A stretch of 63,609 bases of DNA, filler included, from Choristocarpus tenellus KU-1152 (lineage: Eukaryota; Protista; Phaeophyceae), in NCBI GenBank assembly GCA_964200185.2. It is 8 parts of 8 records of this genome, joined end to end, with 100 filler letters (N's around TTAATTAATTAA, not from the genome) between each part and the next. Parts side by side here need not be neighbours in the genome. Positions count along the whole stretch, not along the records: positions 1 to 3,856 come from CAXNAD020017548.1; positions 3,957 to 8,216 come from CAXNAD020015428.1; positions 8,317 to 11,716 come from CAXNAD020020294.1; positions 11,817 to 25,496 come from CAXNAD020001410.1; 4 more parts are not named here. One strand, given 5' to 3'. Position numbers and translations under genes: made by a program. Of the stretch, positions 1 to 11,871 are shown one piece after another. How positions within the stretch are numbered: the first letter of the stretch is position 1; each line of letters opens with the position of its first letter. The notes under the pieces are model-generated. The model had not been told where the DNA came from, did not search any database, and worked only from the letters and a program-made list of their open reading frames with translations.

Positions 1-3000
1 GCTATAATGAGCTAGGAGATCTCTTCTACCGGAGGTTTGCTTCTTTTTATCTCCTATCCCTCCCTCTCTCCCCTACCCCCCACAACATCAACTATTGAAA
101 ATGGCCCTACAAACAGAGGATATTAGTATTTTGTAATAAATATGTAATTCTACTGTGCAAGTTCTTTCTTCATAGCAAAGTAAGATTTAGCCCCTGATCT
201 ATGCATGGTGGAGTATGCCTTGGCCTGAACCTATCAATCACCCCGAGATTTGGGGGAACCTCTTCAACTGAATTTCCCCAAGCCCACCTCTGCATTGAGG
301 AAGGTTCAGACCTGTATCCCTTGTTGGTATAGCTGCACGGTATTGAACTGCTGTTGCATGTGCAAGCATACTTGAAAGTGGTCCAAAAAAGTGCTGACTG
401 TACAGAGTGTTACAGAATATTATTTTATTTTTACTGCTAGATGTGGAGTGGCAAAGAGTTATGAAATTTTGTTATGTCTGCAGCAGTAAATGGAACTATC
501 TGGATAACATTAAGTCAAGGAAGAAGAATAGGATTTATTGATATTATTCTCTATGCAGTGCTGTGCCATTTTTTAATGATAATAGTAAGCGTGATGATCC
601 AGGTAGTGCTAGTACTACCACATGACAAGGAACTGTTTGTGAAATGCACGTGAGGGTGCTTGCGGAATCAGTTCTGACTGGGATGAACTCCCAAAGGGAC
701 CCGTCCACGATAAGCAATATTGGTGATGCTTGAAACATCCTTTCAGATTTAAAAAGTGAGAATGGGTGTACTTTTACTGCTCTTTGAAGTATACTATTAT
801 TATAGTACATGTTATTGTACACTCCACTTTCATGTTGAAGTAGTGTGTCGAGTTTATTTGAGGATAGTTTGTCATACCTGTACACCAGACCCTGAACCAC
901 ATAGTCAGTTCGGATGCACAGTCAATACAGCCTGCCCTGATTTTCTTTGCCGATCTGCCCCCCTCTTGAACAGAATACCTGCAATAGTAAGCTGGCATGA
1001 ATACTTGAGAGTAGATCATTCATCGGTTCCCACATATACTGCATCAGTGCGCTAGAACTCCTGCGTTGCTCTTGCTGTAGTATACAACAAGAGCTTGTAA
1101 GAATTGTAGTGTAGGTTTGCCTAAAATATCATACACGCAATTGCCATCACTGTTGCCATGGTTGCACTTGTTTCAAGACGTGCGCTTCTTGTTTCCCATT
1201 GCGAATGGGATGGTGTGGTGTGTTGGTGTAAATGGGTTAAAGAAACTGCGGGGGTGCCTAGTAAGCGTTTCCTTGCTCACTGCCAATCAAGTGCAAACTT
1301 TGAGTACGGTCGCATTCTGAGAATGTTGGGGTTGGTACCATTGAAGAGGGTCCTTCGTTGCCGGGAACGTGCAATTTTCACGTTCTTCAACAGAGGTAGG
1401 AGGCTGGTGTAAATGAGTAAGGACCAGGTTGGATAGCCTGCCCTTGGTCTATATTTCATTGGCACAATCTCTGCTTTGCGAAATTCATTGCCTGTGAAAG
1501 AGCTGAAGCAATAAAGGCAATTCTACCATACCAACTTTATAACTAAATAACACATAGATGATATCTATATACTATACTAATTTTTCTTGAGACACAAACT
1601 AAATGATTGACTCATTAATAAAAAATTTCCGCATTACACAAAAAAATAACTGCAAATACAGCCCCAAATTTGATGCAACTAGAGTAGAAATTACTCCATT
1701 TACCTATAAATTATTAAATATGTCTGAGATAAGCATTGGGCTAGCTGTTGAGATATACAGAGGGTAGGGTGTCGTTGAGTTTTAGAGGCCCTGTGACTGC
1801 CTTGTGATGCACAAGTTTTGAGCACTGTCGAAGGCAATTTCAGCTAACAGTGTGTAAGCTTCTATTCTACACCCACACCCCATAGGGGGGTAAACAGCAT
1901 GAGGCATGGGCATGGTGTGTAATGCACAAGGTTCAAATTGAAGAGGTCTGGTAACTGAAATGGTCAAAATCAATGACCCTCTTAGATTGACTCTCAGGAG
2001 TGTAAGAGTTGTTTTGCCAATGGGTTGTCCTAAAAATGAGGAAGGCGACTTGGAACGTGCAGTTTAGTATAATGAGGGTTAGATTTGGGCTGTGTATTTG
2101 GTTGTTTTTCTTCCACACAAGACTTTCTTCTTGTAGTCCCTTTTGCCACTATTAAATACGCACACACATAGATACATGTGTGTGTGCGTGTGCTCATTTT
2201 TTTCTTTTTTCCTGGAAGTTATGAAGGACCACGTGAGGTTGGCTTGTCTGTTCCGTGATTTCTCCCTACTCGGGTTTTTTTTCTTTTTTCCTGTGATGTA
2301 AGTTGAACATTTTTATTAGTGGTTTTTGAGTGAGTAGGGGTCAGTTTGTTCCCTTTTGAGCTCTCAAAGAATAAGTACCTTGTACTGATATATGTATGTA
2401 CCAATGTGCATATAGATAACAAGCAAAGTGAGGCGCATGTGATACAGTGGTTGCAGTTTGGGTTGTGGAAGAAGTGGTGTATGCTTTGAAGCAATGTTGT
2501 CATCATCATCGGTATATTCAATGCACCTTGCGCTGTTCTTGCTTCATAATATTGATTATTCTATATTAAATATATATTGGTTTGTGCAGCATAATTATTT
2601 TATACCTCTCCTTGTTCTTGCTTCCTGGTATTGATGGTTCTATGTTGAATATATGGGTTTATACTGTATCGATATTCTACACCTCTTCTTCTTGCTTGCT
2701 TTCTGATATTGATGACTATACATTGAATTGTTGAATCATACTGGGGGGGGGGTATTATTTTGCATCAAGATGATACACCACTGGGATCTACCTGTGATCC
2801 TTCTCTTAGCTCAAAAAAAAATCTTTTTTTTTTCTGTGCAAAATCTGTTTCAAGATGTGCGTGATGTTGTAGGTACGTGTGCGAAGGTTTTATATTGTAT
2901 TAAATATATTATTATTATATGTATTCGGACTGTGGAGTAGATGTTTATGTCAATGTGGCAGACACAGTGCTCCAATTTTTTGCTCGGACATCGAGTACTT

Positions 3001-3856
3001 CACATATTTTTCTGGGAAAAAATTCTACTTATTGTTCTTTGAAGCAAGCCTTACTTATCCGTTGCAACTGCTCCATTGATGATAACTCTGCCATTGTGTG
3101 AGCTTCAACTCTCTCCCTCAATAGCCCCGTGCAATCTCTCCATTCACCAACGTTTGTTCTATCTCCAAGCAAGGTGTGAATAAGGAATAGACTTGCTTGG
3201 AACAGAATCTCATGAAATGCTATCATTGCCCCCTCTGCCTCCCCACCTCCCCCCGTGTTGTCCTGCCGTACATTCTTGTCCTACCTGTTAAAAAAAAATG
3301 TTCATGCTTGTGGACTTCTGCCAACTTTGTGTACACTTCTGGCTTACGTTTTTTTTTGTTTGGTGCAAAGAGGGGACCTCAATTCCGCCCTCAAGTGCTA
3401 TGCTCGAACCAGAGAATACCTCACCACCAATAGACATTCTGCAGAGATGTGCCTACACATTATTGAGGTGAAGGCACCATGACATGTTTTTTTTGTTTTG
3501 TTTTTGGGGGGTGGGTTGTTTTTTTTGGGAAGGGTTTTATGGTCTTGGGAATGTGAGTGAGATGAAGGTTAGGGGGTGAAAAGGTGTGTTTACAGGTTGT
3601 GTGGTGTGTATAGTTATTGGTGTAGGGGGAGAGGGGGGGGGGAGTAAGATATGAGATACCTCAATGTGCGTCAGAGTATTGTTCTGAATATCAAGCATTT
3701 TGAAAAAATCGCATTACAGTGTGAATGCCTCCTCCCAATCTTATCCAAGCAAAAATCTTCAATGTTGTTCGACCATGCACGATGCACTTGATTGAATTGA
3801 ATTCTGAACCCCACCATTTTCTTTGAACCCTCCTCCCCCCCCCAGATCGCACGAGC

Positions 3857-3956
3857 NNNNNNNNNNNNNNNNNNNNNNNNNNNNNNNNNNNNNNNNNNNN
3901 TTAATTAATTAANNNNNNNNNNNNNNNNNNNNNNNNNNNNNNNNNNNNNNNNNNNN
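3857..3956. other. Artificial contig spacer (N44-TTAATTAATTAA-N44)
   Basis: Identical 100-bp spacers at 3857, 8217, 11717, 25497, 36650, 46247 and 60100. The 12-mer gives stops in all six frames. Confidence 0.97.
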
Positions 3957-4040
3957 GGGAGGTTCAAAGTTCAAGGCACATGAAAGGAGGGGGGAGGTTC
4001 AAAGTCCAAGGCACATGAAAGGAGGGGGGAGGTTCAAAGT
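3957..4040. repeat. About 36-bp tandem repeat, about 2.3 copies, intronic, at contig edge
   Basis: GGAGGTTCAAAGTYCAAGGCACATGAAAGGAGGGG repeated. Confidence 0.8.
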
Positions 4041-4053
4041 TTTTCCACCTCAC

Positions 4054-6314
4054 CCCTGAACATGAGATGGGACCAGCGAATTCCCTTTGCGGCACATGTG
4101 CAGTGCATGAAGACCAATGTTGAAGTACACAATGTCAGCTTTGATAGAAGAATATTCTTTGAGCTGTGGCACGTGCCACCAACTGTAACCAATGCATAGC
4201 CTTCTCCCTCCTCCTGGACGAGTATCAATGCAGCATGATTTGCCATGAGGCACATTCACCTGATTGATCGCAGGAACAGAGGGGGGGGGGGATGGCGGAC
4301 GAAGAATGAGAACGAGAATGAGCCTTGCATTTTCACTTTAACTTGTTGACTTATACTCTGTATAAGCAGGCTTCCAAGGTGATGTACATGAACATCAGAA
4401 GATTTGTCAAAGGACGTTGGCCCTTGTGTTCACCATATTGTTCTGCCAAGACGCATAAACATGTCTATGGACACAACACAGGACACAACACAGGGCTATT
4501 GAAGGTGCTCATCTCACTGAAGCATGCTACAGAAGAAGTAATGCTATGAGCTGTTACTGCATTACATTTTGGTGCAGAAAGTAGCCCGTTGACCTGGTGT
4601 TTTTTCACAGTTACCATCAAAGACTTCATATGAAAAGGTTTTTGTTTCACCTTCTGCTTTTGTGATCTCCACATATGAACTTCTACAAGAACATATGGCA
4701 GTTCATATGCTGCAATGAAAATAACAAACTTCCATAACAATAAGGGTAGCAATAAGGGTAGCAATAAGGGTAACAAGGGCAACATTAAGGTGTTTTATGG
4801 AAAAAGGTTGAATCGTGCCATTTCATCTACTCACTCCATTCATAGATGCACAAACCTAAATTAACACAGTAAAATCATGATGAATAAGAGTACACTCGTA
4901 CATACCCCATGCCAGTATTGAAGAGCACGGTCGGTGGAGCAAACGTTACAATATGAAATGACAGTTACAATATGTAATGACAGTTACAGCAAAAAAAAGT
5001 GCAGTTGCGGCCTCCATTTCACACAACATAAAACATATCCAGCCTTAAGCGACTGCAAAGGAGTAACACAGCCCAGAATGAAGGTCAGCCTTGATTTGCT
5101 TCTTCAGGACCATACCCATCACCTATTCCTCTGTCACATCTCCAGTGACCCCAGAGATTGTGGTGTGATACTCAGCTGAATAGGGGCATCGATATTCAGT
5201 AGTAGTATCTCCACAAATGGAAAGTGCCACGCCTCTTGTCCTGATTTATAAAATGGCACAACTCAATACTCTCACACAAGAGCATTGGGTGCCTGCAAAA
5301 CCCACAGATAAAAGTACCACACATAATGCAGTGTATACATAGGCCTCAGGAACACCCCACAATGCATGCAAATGCACACCACAGCTCAAATTCACCCATC
5401 GCTTTCAGCATTCTCATTGGCATGACTTTAAATATTCATCTCCCTTGAAGAACGTGCAACTAAGGAGGGATGAAGCTCCGAAATTTCTTCATTCTACGGA
5501 AGTTTTGACTGCATAGAAGAGGATAGCCCAAACCTCTCCCTTTCTCCACTGGACCGAGATTTCGTTGTACGTGGTGGTGAAGAGGTCCACAGGTTGTAGC
5601 AGAAATCAATACAATTGTGCCCCCCATACTACATTGGCATCACACAAGTGAGTATACAAAGCTCAAGGCCACCTGGGAAATACTTCGCTTGGTTGAGCGC
5701 TACCTTTTGGATCTTAACCATATCATTTCAAAGTAGTAAAATAGATTATCCATCTCTTGAAAACATGGTAGCAAGCAGCGTACGAAAATGGATTAAATGA
5801 AGACTGCTTTATAGTTCGACGAAGAAGACACAATAGATTCACTTCTTAAAACACCTTGGGGTCGAATCGGCTCCCATCATGATGACTAAGAAAGCTGCAG
5901 AGGTTCCCAAACTGATGCATCATGGTTGAATCACCAGCCATGACCACCATATACGGCTCATCATCCTCCTTGCTTGAATCGGCCTCTGCTATTTCCACAA
6001 GATGATCAATCATAGGTTGCATTATTCGGTTCCTGCAAGAAAATTGGGAACACCACAAAAACAATGGTGTGGAAAGCTATTCGGGTGCAATGTTCCGACA
6101 CGGGTCCATGGGTTGCCACCAAGTCATGATTCCACGCTCAAGGGACACGAACTCACCACATACTATACCATTCCGAGTCTTTCGATGTGAGGAGGTCCTC
6201 CCACGCAGCTGGACCCATGTAGCAGTTGGGTTGACAATCGACTCTCATACAGAAGACAAGAATAGCAAAAGAGGCGAAGCGCAAGAAAATAGATCTCTTC
6301 CACAAGTCCAACAT
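4054..6314 (-). CDS. SGNH/GDS-motif (TBL/PC-esterase-like) secreted or membrane protein, 5' part; 3' exons lost at contig end
   Basis: Exons 6314-6157, 6032-5855 and 4259-4054 join in frame via GT-AG. Protein has a hydrophobic N-terminus (FLRFASFAILVFC), VVMAGDSTMMHQF (GDS motif) and DIVYFNIGLH, resembling TBL DVLVFNTGxW. Confidence 0.65.
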
Positions 6315-6865
6315 CCTAGTGACTAATCGCCAACCCAACATTTCTCTGCATGTGAAATTACGATATGGTTGGGCTACGATGTAATGGAAGACAGTTGTCC
6401 TTACAGACGTGTTTGACAAATACCGAGTACGATTGACTTAGTAGTTGATCCGCATATTCTTAACAGATTCCCTTATCCATTATTTTTTTTTAGATATCTA
6501 CTATACTTACAATGATACCAGTTACTTCGCCCTCGGGGGTTGTTCTCCTGTCATAACTTTTGATGTAGACAATAAATTTAAAAAGTATACCCCATCACAA
6601 TGCCTCCAGAGTATGTTTTTCGTTTATTATATTCAAGATTTATTTTTCGAAGAAAGAGATCTCATATTGGGGATCGAACCCTGAACTATAGGTCACGAAG
6701 GGTGGTGACAGATGCAACATATATATTACTTGATTGAAGTATACTTGTTTCGACAAAAAACGCCATTTGAATGATTCAATGAATGTATCGTAAGTGTAAA
6801 AGCAATTGTTGTCTCCATTCGCCATCAGGAATTCCCAATGTGCTGGGCGGGCGCCTATGAGACTT

Positions 6866-8216
6866 TTACCTCTTGTACTCCTTGTCGGCTTCCGTTCCAG
6901 TGGCAGCCGTCTTGAAGTAGACAAGATGGTGCGTGCAAACCTTCTTGCAGTACTTCTGGACTAGCCAAACAGCCTGCCTATCCTCAGCTGGTTTCAAGCT
7001 CAAAGGAACGTTTTTTCGGAGTCCGTCCAAATAATAGGTACAATGCTGTCGTAGCCAGTGCTTTGCTCGACCCCACACGAGCTCAATGGGGTTGAGCTCA
7101 CAGTGATACTTTGGGAGCATTAGGCACACCCCTCCATACCGCTCGACAAGATGCTGAAGACTAGGAACTACCTCATTGAAGTCCCTCTGCCCTCCAAACA
7201 CATGCAACATGCTTTTGCTTGGGTTATGTTTCTCTCTCTTCTCCCTGTCCTTCGTCATTCCGGGTTCTAATAGCCTCCTTTCCCACAAATTTTGTCATAT
7301 CCCCTTAAGCTTCCCTACATAGTCTTCTCTGGTGAGATATGGGGCGTAGAACTGCAGGTCATCGTCTGGTTGAAAACCCAAGTGCTGCAAAGTCCCCGCT
7401 TTGAGATCTAGAGTGTCTCGGCCTGACCATTGCATATCCTGCTTCCATCTCGAGCGCCGTTTGACGGTCTGTCCCGTTGTTCATACGCACGTACAGGATT
7501 CACAGTGTTAGAGGCTTGACTATCACATTTCCTTGTTGAGCGCCAGAAATGGGTGTTGTCCGTGTTTCCTGGACGGGTGATTATCATCAAGGCGCAAGGG
7601 TGAGGGAGGTCAGGCCTGAGTTGATCGAAAATTGTGTTGATTCCTCAAATGAATGCAGGCTGGGCAAAAGCCTTAATCAACTTTGTACGTCCAACCCCAA
7701 GTCCAGGAACAAAAGTGAATGTACGGCATCTTGCAAGAAGTGAGAGACACCAAACCATTGGTGTGCAAATAGTCTCATCTCACCTCCTCTTCCCTGGCAT
7801 CCTCATCGATGGCTACCTCCACCTGCTTCGCAACCTCTTCTAAGTAAAGGATTTGGTGGTATCGAAAAGTCTCCACAGCTGCCTTTGTTACAATCACTTT
7901 CTCCTCCGCCTTGCGAGCCCTCTCGACCTTTTTTCGGGCTTCAGAGCCCTTGTAGACCAACCTTAACACCTTTTTTCTCATTTCCTTGAGCCACTCTGGC
8001 TCACACAGCTTCCAGATAGCTAGGGTCTGCTACAACTGTCGACTACTAAGATATTCTACACCCGGGTTTTCGCTTAGGCGTTTCCTGAGCACAATGGCAC
8101 GCAGTCGCACTGCTCTCTTCCCCAACCTTCCCTTCGGCCGGGCACCCTGGTTCTCCCTTCACCTGCCATGACCAGGCTTCCCCACAGACTTCGTCATTGT
8201 ACCACCTGGTGATGGA
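6866..8216 (-). mobile_element. Degenerate IS630/Tc1-like DDE transposase
   Basis: ORF 6866-7288 contains LMLPKYHCELNPIELVWGRAK, the DDE_3-type C-terminal motif. Upstream frames are broken (IITRPGN...FW). The element runs into the contig end. Confidence 0.75.
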
Positions 8217-8316
8217 NNNNNNNNNNNNNNNNNNNNNNNNNNNNNNNNNNNNNNNNNNNNTTAATTAATTAANNNNNNNNNNNNNNNNNNNNNNNNNNNN
8301 NNNNNNNNNNNNNNNN

Positions 8317-8473
8317 GGGGGGGTACACCAGGTCGTCCATTTGGGGCATGACCAGGAAAAGTGCACTTACATTACCCATCCGATGTATGCAACCAAATCA
8401 CACAAAAATCGCGACATGAAAAAATTGACCCCAAATGGACAGACACCGCCACTCCCCCCATATACTTTGAGCC
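8317..8473. mobile_element. MITE, G-rich TIR subfamily (truncated by contig start)
   Basis: Similar to 25597-25750 and to the reverse complement of 52411-52598. Ends CCCCCCATATACTTTGAGCC. Confidence 0.8.
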
Positions 8474-9915
8474 TTCAATGGAACAGGCAGTCGGCTTATC
8501 TTAATCCATGTCTTGGGTGACATCTCAAATTCTGGGTGGCCCATCAAGTCGAATTTCGAATTTCATTACACTGATCGCCACCAGAGACTGTACAACCCGT
8601 GCTCTAACGCGTAATGAGCAGAGGATTGAGCACAACACCTCTTAAGTCCTGGGGCAAGGTTCTGCGGATTCCACAAGTTTTTCGGAAGAAGCCCTAAGGC
8701 GATGGATGAGCATCTCCTCGATAAACTGGCCAGGGTTAACGGCTATTTCTCAGGAATCTCAGCACCGTTGCATGCAAATGATCAGTAGTGCACAAACAGT
8801 GACATGATCGCGCAGACGCCTTCCACTCACCTTGAATTTGGCATAGTCAGAGTGGGAGGTACTTCCAAAAGTCACACCAGGAATGATCAATCTATACAGC
8901 GCGCACAGCTCAATGCAGGTGGATACATAGTTCCCCCCACAAACCATGCACATAACTCTCATACCTGCCTCTGCAAGAGGCAAGTGATCATGCCACACTG
9001 TTTTGTGTCGTACACCTCCTGCCAAATAATAATAAAAATAAATAAACCGGTGGGATAAAGGACGATATTTCAACGCGAACCCTATGCATAAAAAAAAAAA
9101 TAACCACGGTGCTAATAAATAAGAACAAAATAATGCGATTCTCTTCTTGGAGGGCAACAACGATTATCATGATGTACCTATAGGATGGTCGGTCAGGCGT
9201 TGTCTTGCAAGGGCCTCTCTCGGTACATAGCCTACTCTTGAACATAAATTTCCAATCTGCCTGACTTTCCCAACTCAATAACGCTAGGAGAATCGCCCCC
9301 CCCTCCCTCAACCCATAGTGTGGTGGTTGATCCTAACAATGATGCGCTCTTTATTGATATTCAAGGCATAATCTCAACAGGGCCTGACTCCAACAGAGAA
9401 TAAAACGCGAAGTAAATTTCAACGAACACAGTGGAATGAACAATCCTAACCTTCAATGCTTCTGTATTATGCCACGAACCCCACCCAACCAACCCCAATC
9501 CACATAGTTCACCTCCTGACCAATAAGAATACATACGCTACAGAAAAATAAGTAACAGAGGGAACCTACGTTACCATTTTCATCTCTCTTTTTTTTTTCT
9601 CACACGGTACTAAAGAGTTAAAAAAGATCGAAAAGAAAATCACAGAACAGTAAACACACCAAGATTAAAGAGACAAAAAAAAACAAAAAAACATAGAACC
9701 GAAGTCAAGAAGCAGATGAGTTCCTTGTAGATCGATGGACTCGCTCGCATATATAGAGGATAAAAAAAATACAATACAGCAAAACGGAGAGTACTTCTTC
9801 CGACACCCTCACACCGCACCTATTCACAACATCCCATTCCATCCAAGCAAAACACCATTCAAGAATCACCAACCACCCCCTCAAAAAGCTCGAGCTAGTT
9901 CAAAACCAACCATGC

Positions 9916-10171
9916 TCACGAAATGCAACAGTTTTGCGGATCCGGTCCGCCTTCCCCTCCCATAAGACCACCCGGCATCATCCCCGGCAGGTTAGGAAAC
10001 ATGCCTTCCCCCATGTTGGGCATGACAGGCATGCCTTCTGCATTGAACTCCAACCCTGGGGCAAGTTCAGTGATGATCTCTGCTGGAACCTGCCCGTGCT
10101 CTTGCATGTCCTGCATGAGCTCCATTAATCGAGGGAAGTTGTCCGGCTCCGTCTTTGATTTCCAGTGTCAG

Positions 10172-10213
<42 letters not shown>

Positions 10214-10333
10214 AGCCCCCCCACCCACGGGGCGGCCGGGGGGGGGGGGGGGGGGGAGAGAGAACGAANNNNNNNNNNTTTCCTCCTCTTGCCCCCCTAA
10301 ACGAGGGGGGGGGTGCCCGCCCCTCTTTTTTTT

Positions 10334-10367
<34 letters not shown>

Positions 10368-11221
10368 ACACACACACATGAGGGAGGTGATCAGATGACA
10401 GGATGTATGGATTGAGGTGGGCAGATAGAGTGAGAATCAACGAGGGAAACGCCATTCCTGCCTAGGAAAACTCGAATCATAGGCTAATCCAGGCACTGTA
10501 TTATAGTATTGCGAATTCTATTGCACTGGTGGTGATACTACGAGAATAATACCAACACAACACAATAACCGTTCCAAAGATTTAAGGGTTAGGGCAGGTT
10601 AGAGGACAAACGCCTCCAATCGGTTCAGTGCAACAACACACACACACACACACACACACACCACAGACAACCCCATGGCATAAAAAACTCACCCATCTAC
10701 ACAACATGCTTTTGCACCCCTCAATACTACAACTACTGTCACCAATATTGCAACGACACCCAACAAGATCAGGCTAGCCTTTGGAACAGTTAGGGCACCA
10801 GAAGTCTCGGCAAGCTTTTCGGCACACAAATACCTTGGGGGTTACAGATCTACAGCATGGCAGAAAGTCCATCCAGGCTCTACACGACTGATCAAGGAGA
10901 GACTAGCGAGAGCATGTTCATCATCAACACCGAGGAGCAACATACTTCCATCACAAATAAATTTCCTTTCCCACAAACAGAAAACAGAAACGGAACGAAT
11001 ATCTCGTCTAACTGACGCTTCTACCATTTTATCCCCTTGTCCATCCACCCCCTCTATCCATCCACACTACACTGATGCGGCTTGGCAGGGTTTTCAAGGG
11101 TCACCTCATACACAGCCAGCACACGTTGGAAGCTCTGGTACTGGTTACCATACCGCTCATAGTCCGCAGGGGGGATGCGCGCCTTGTGTGTTGCCAGCCA
11201 TTCCGGGTACTTGTCACATAT
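9916..11221 (-). CDS. PEX19: Peroxin PEX19, last two exons
   Basis: Exon 11221-11105 encodes ICDKYPEWLATHK..DYERYGNQY..VYE. Exon 10152-9916 encodes TEPDNFPRLMELMQDMQEHGQVPAEI.. and ends in the CaaX box CCIS*. Confidence 0.92.
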
Positions 11222-11871
11222 CTGGAAAATACATTAAAAAAAATATATATATATATATATATACATTCTTGTTTAAAAAAAAAAAAAAATGATATTGATT
11301 TTGCTGCTCTGGAATAAATCGGAGTTTCAACGGCTACATCAACCATCAGAAAAAAAAAGAAGCTAAAGTCCAAAAGTCTGATACCAAATCATTGCTTCCA
11401 GCTGTGTGTGTGTGTGTGTATGAGAAAAGAACAGGGTAGAACCTGACTGCTTCACGGGGACCTTGCATCAGCACTCACAAGATCAAAGGAAGATATATTC
11501 TGAGCAACTTCTTGCACACGGAAACATATGAGTGGGAGGCTCAAAAAGGGCCAGGAAGCAGGGTACCATTGAGCGCTTCAAGGTAGATGATACATCAGGA
11601 AGAGTTCATCCTCACCGGTGGCATGCCTTGAAGCATGCTTGTACGCAATCCCTACCAATGTTACAGAGACTCCCCCCCCCCCCCAAAAGCCCAAGAAGAC
11701 GATAAAAAATCTAAAANNNNNNNNNNNNNNNNNNNNNNNNNNNNNNNNNNNNNNNNNNNNTTAATTAATTAANNNNNNNNNNNNNNNNNNNNNNNNNNNN
11801 NNNNNNNNNNNNNNNNCCTCCCCCTCCCCCCCGGCCCCCCCCCCCCCCCCCCCCCCCCTTATCATACATAG

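Noticed and set aside
200-2100. Possible LINE or Helitron remnant on the minus strand (LPxxxGGLG-like stretch near 270-310, ORF 544-900)
   Set aside because: No catalytic motif could be read convincingly, so there is too little support to call it.
3901-3912. Regularly recurring TTAATTAATTAA palindrome
   Set aside because: Always centred in a 100-bp N spacer. It is an assembly linker, not biology.
10067-10415. Poly-Pro/poly-Gly ORFs (also 46295-46610)
   Set aside because: Translations of intronic poly-C/G homopolymers containing Ns.
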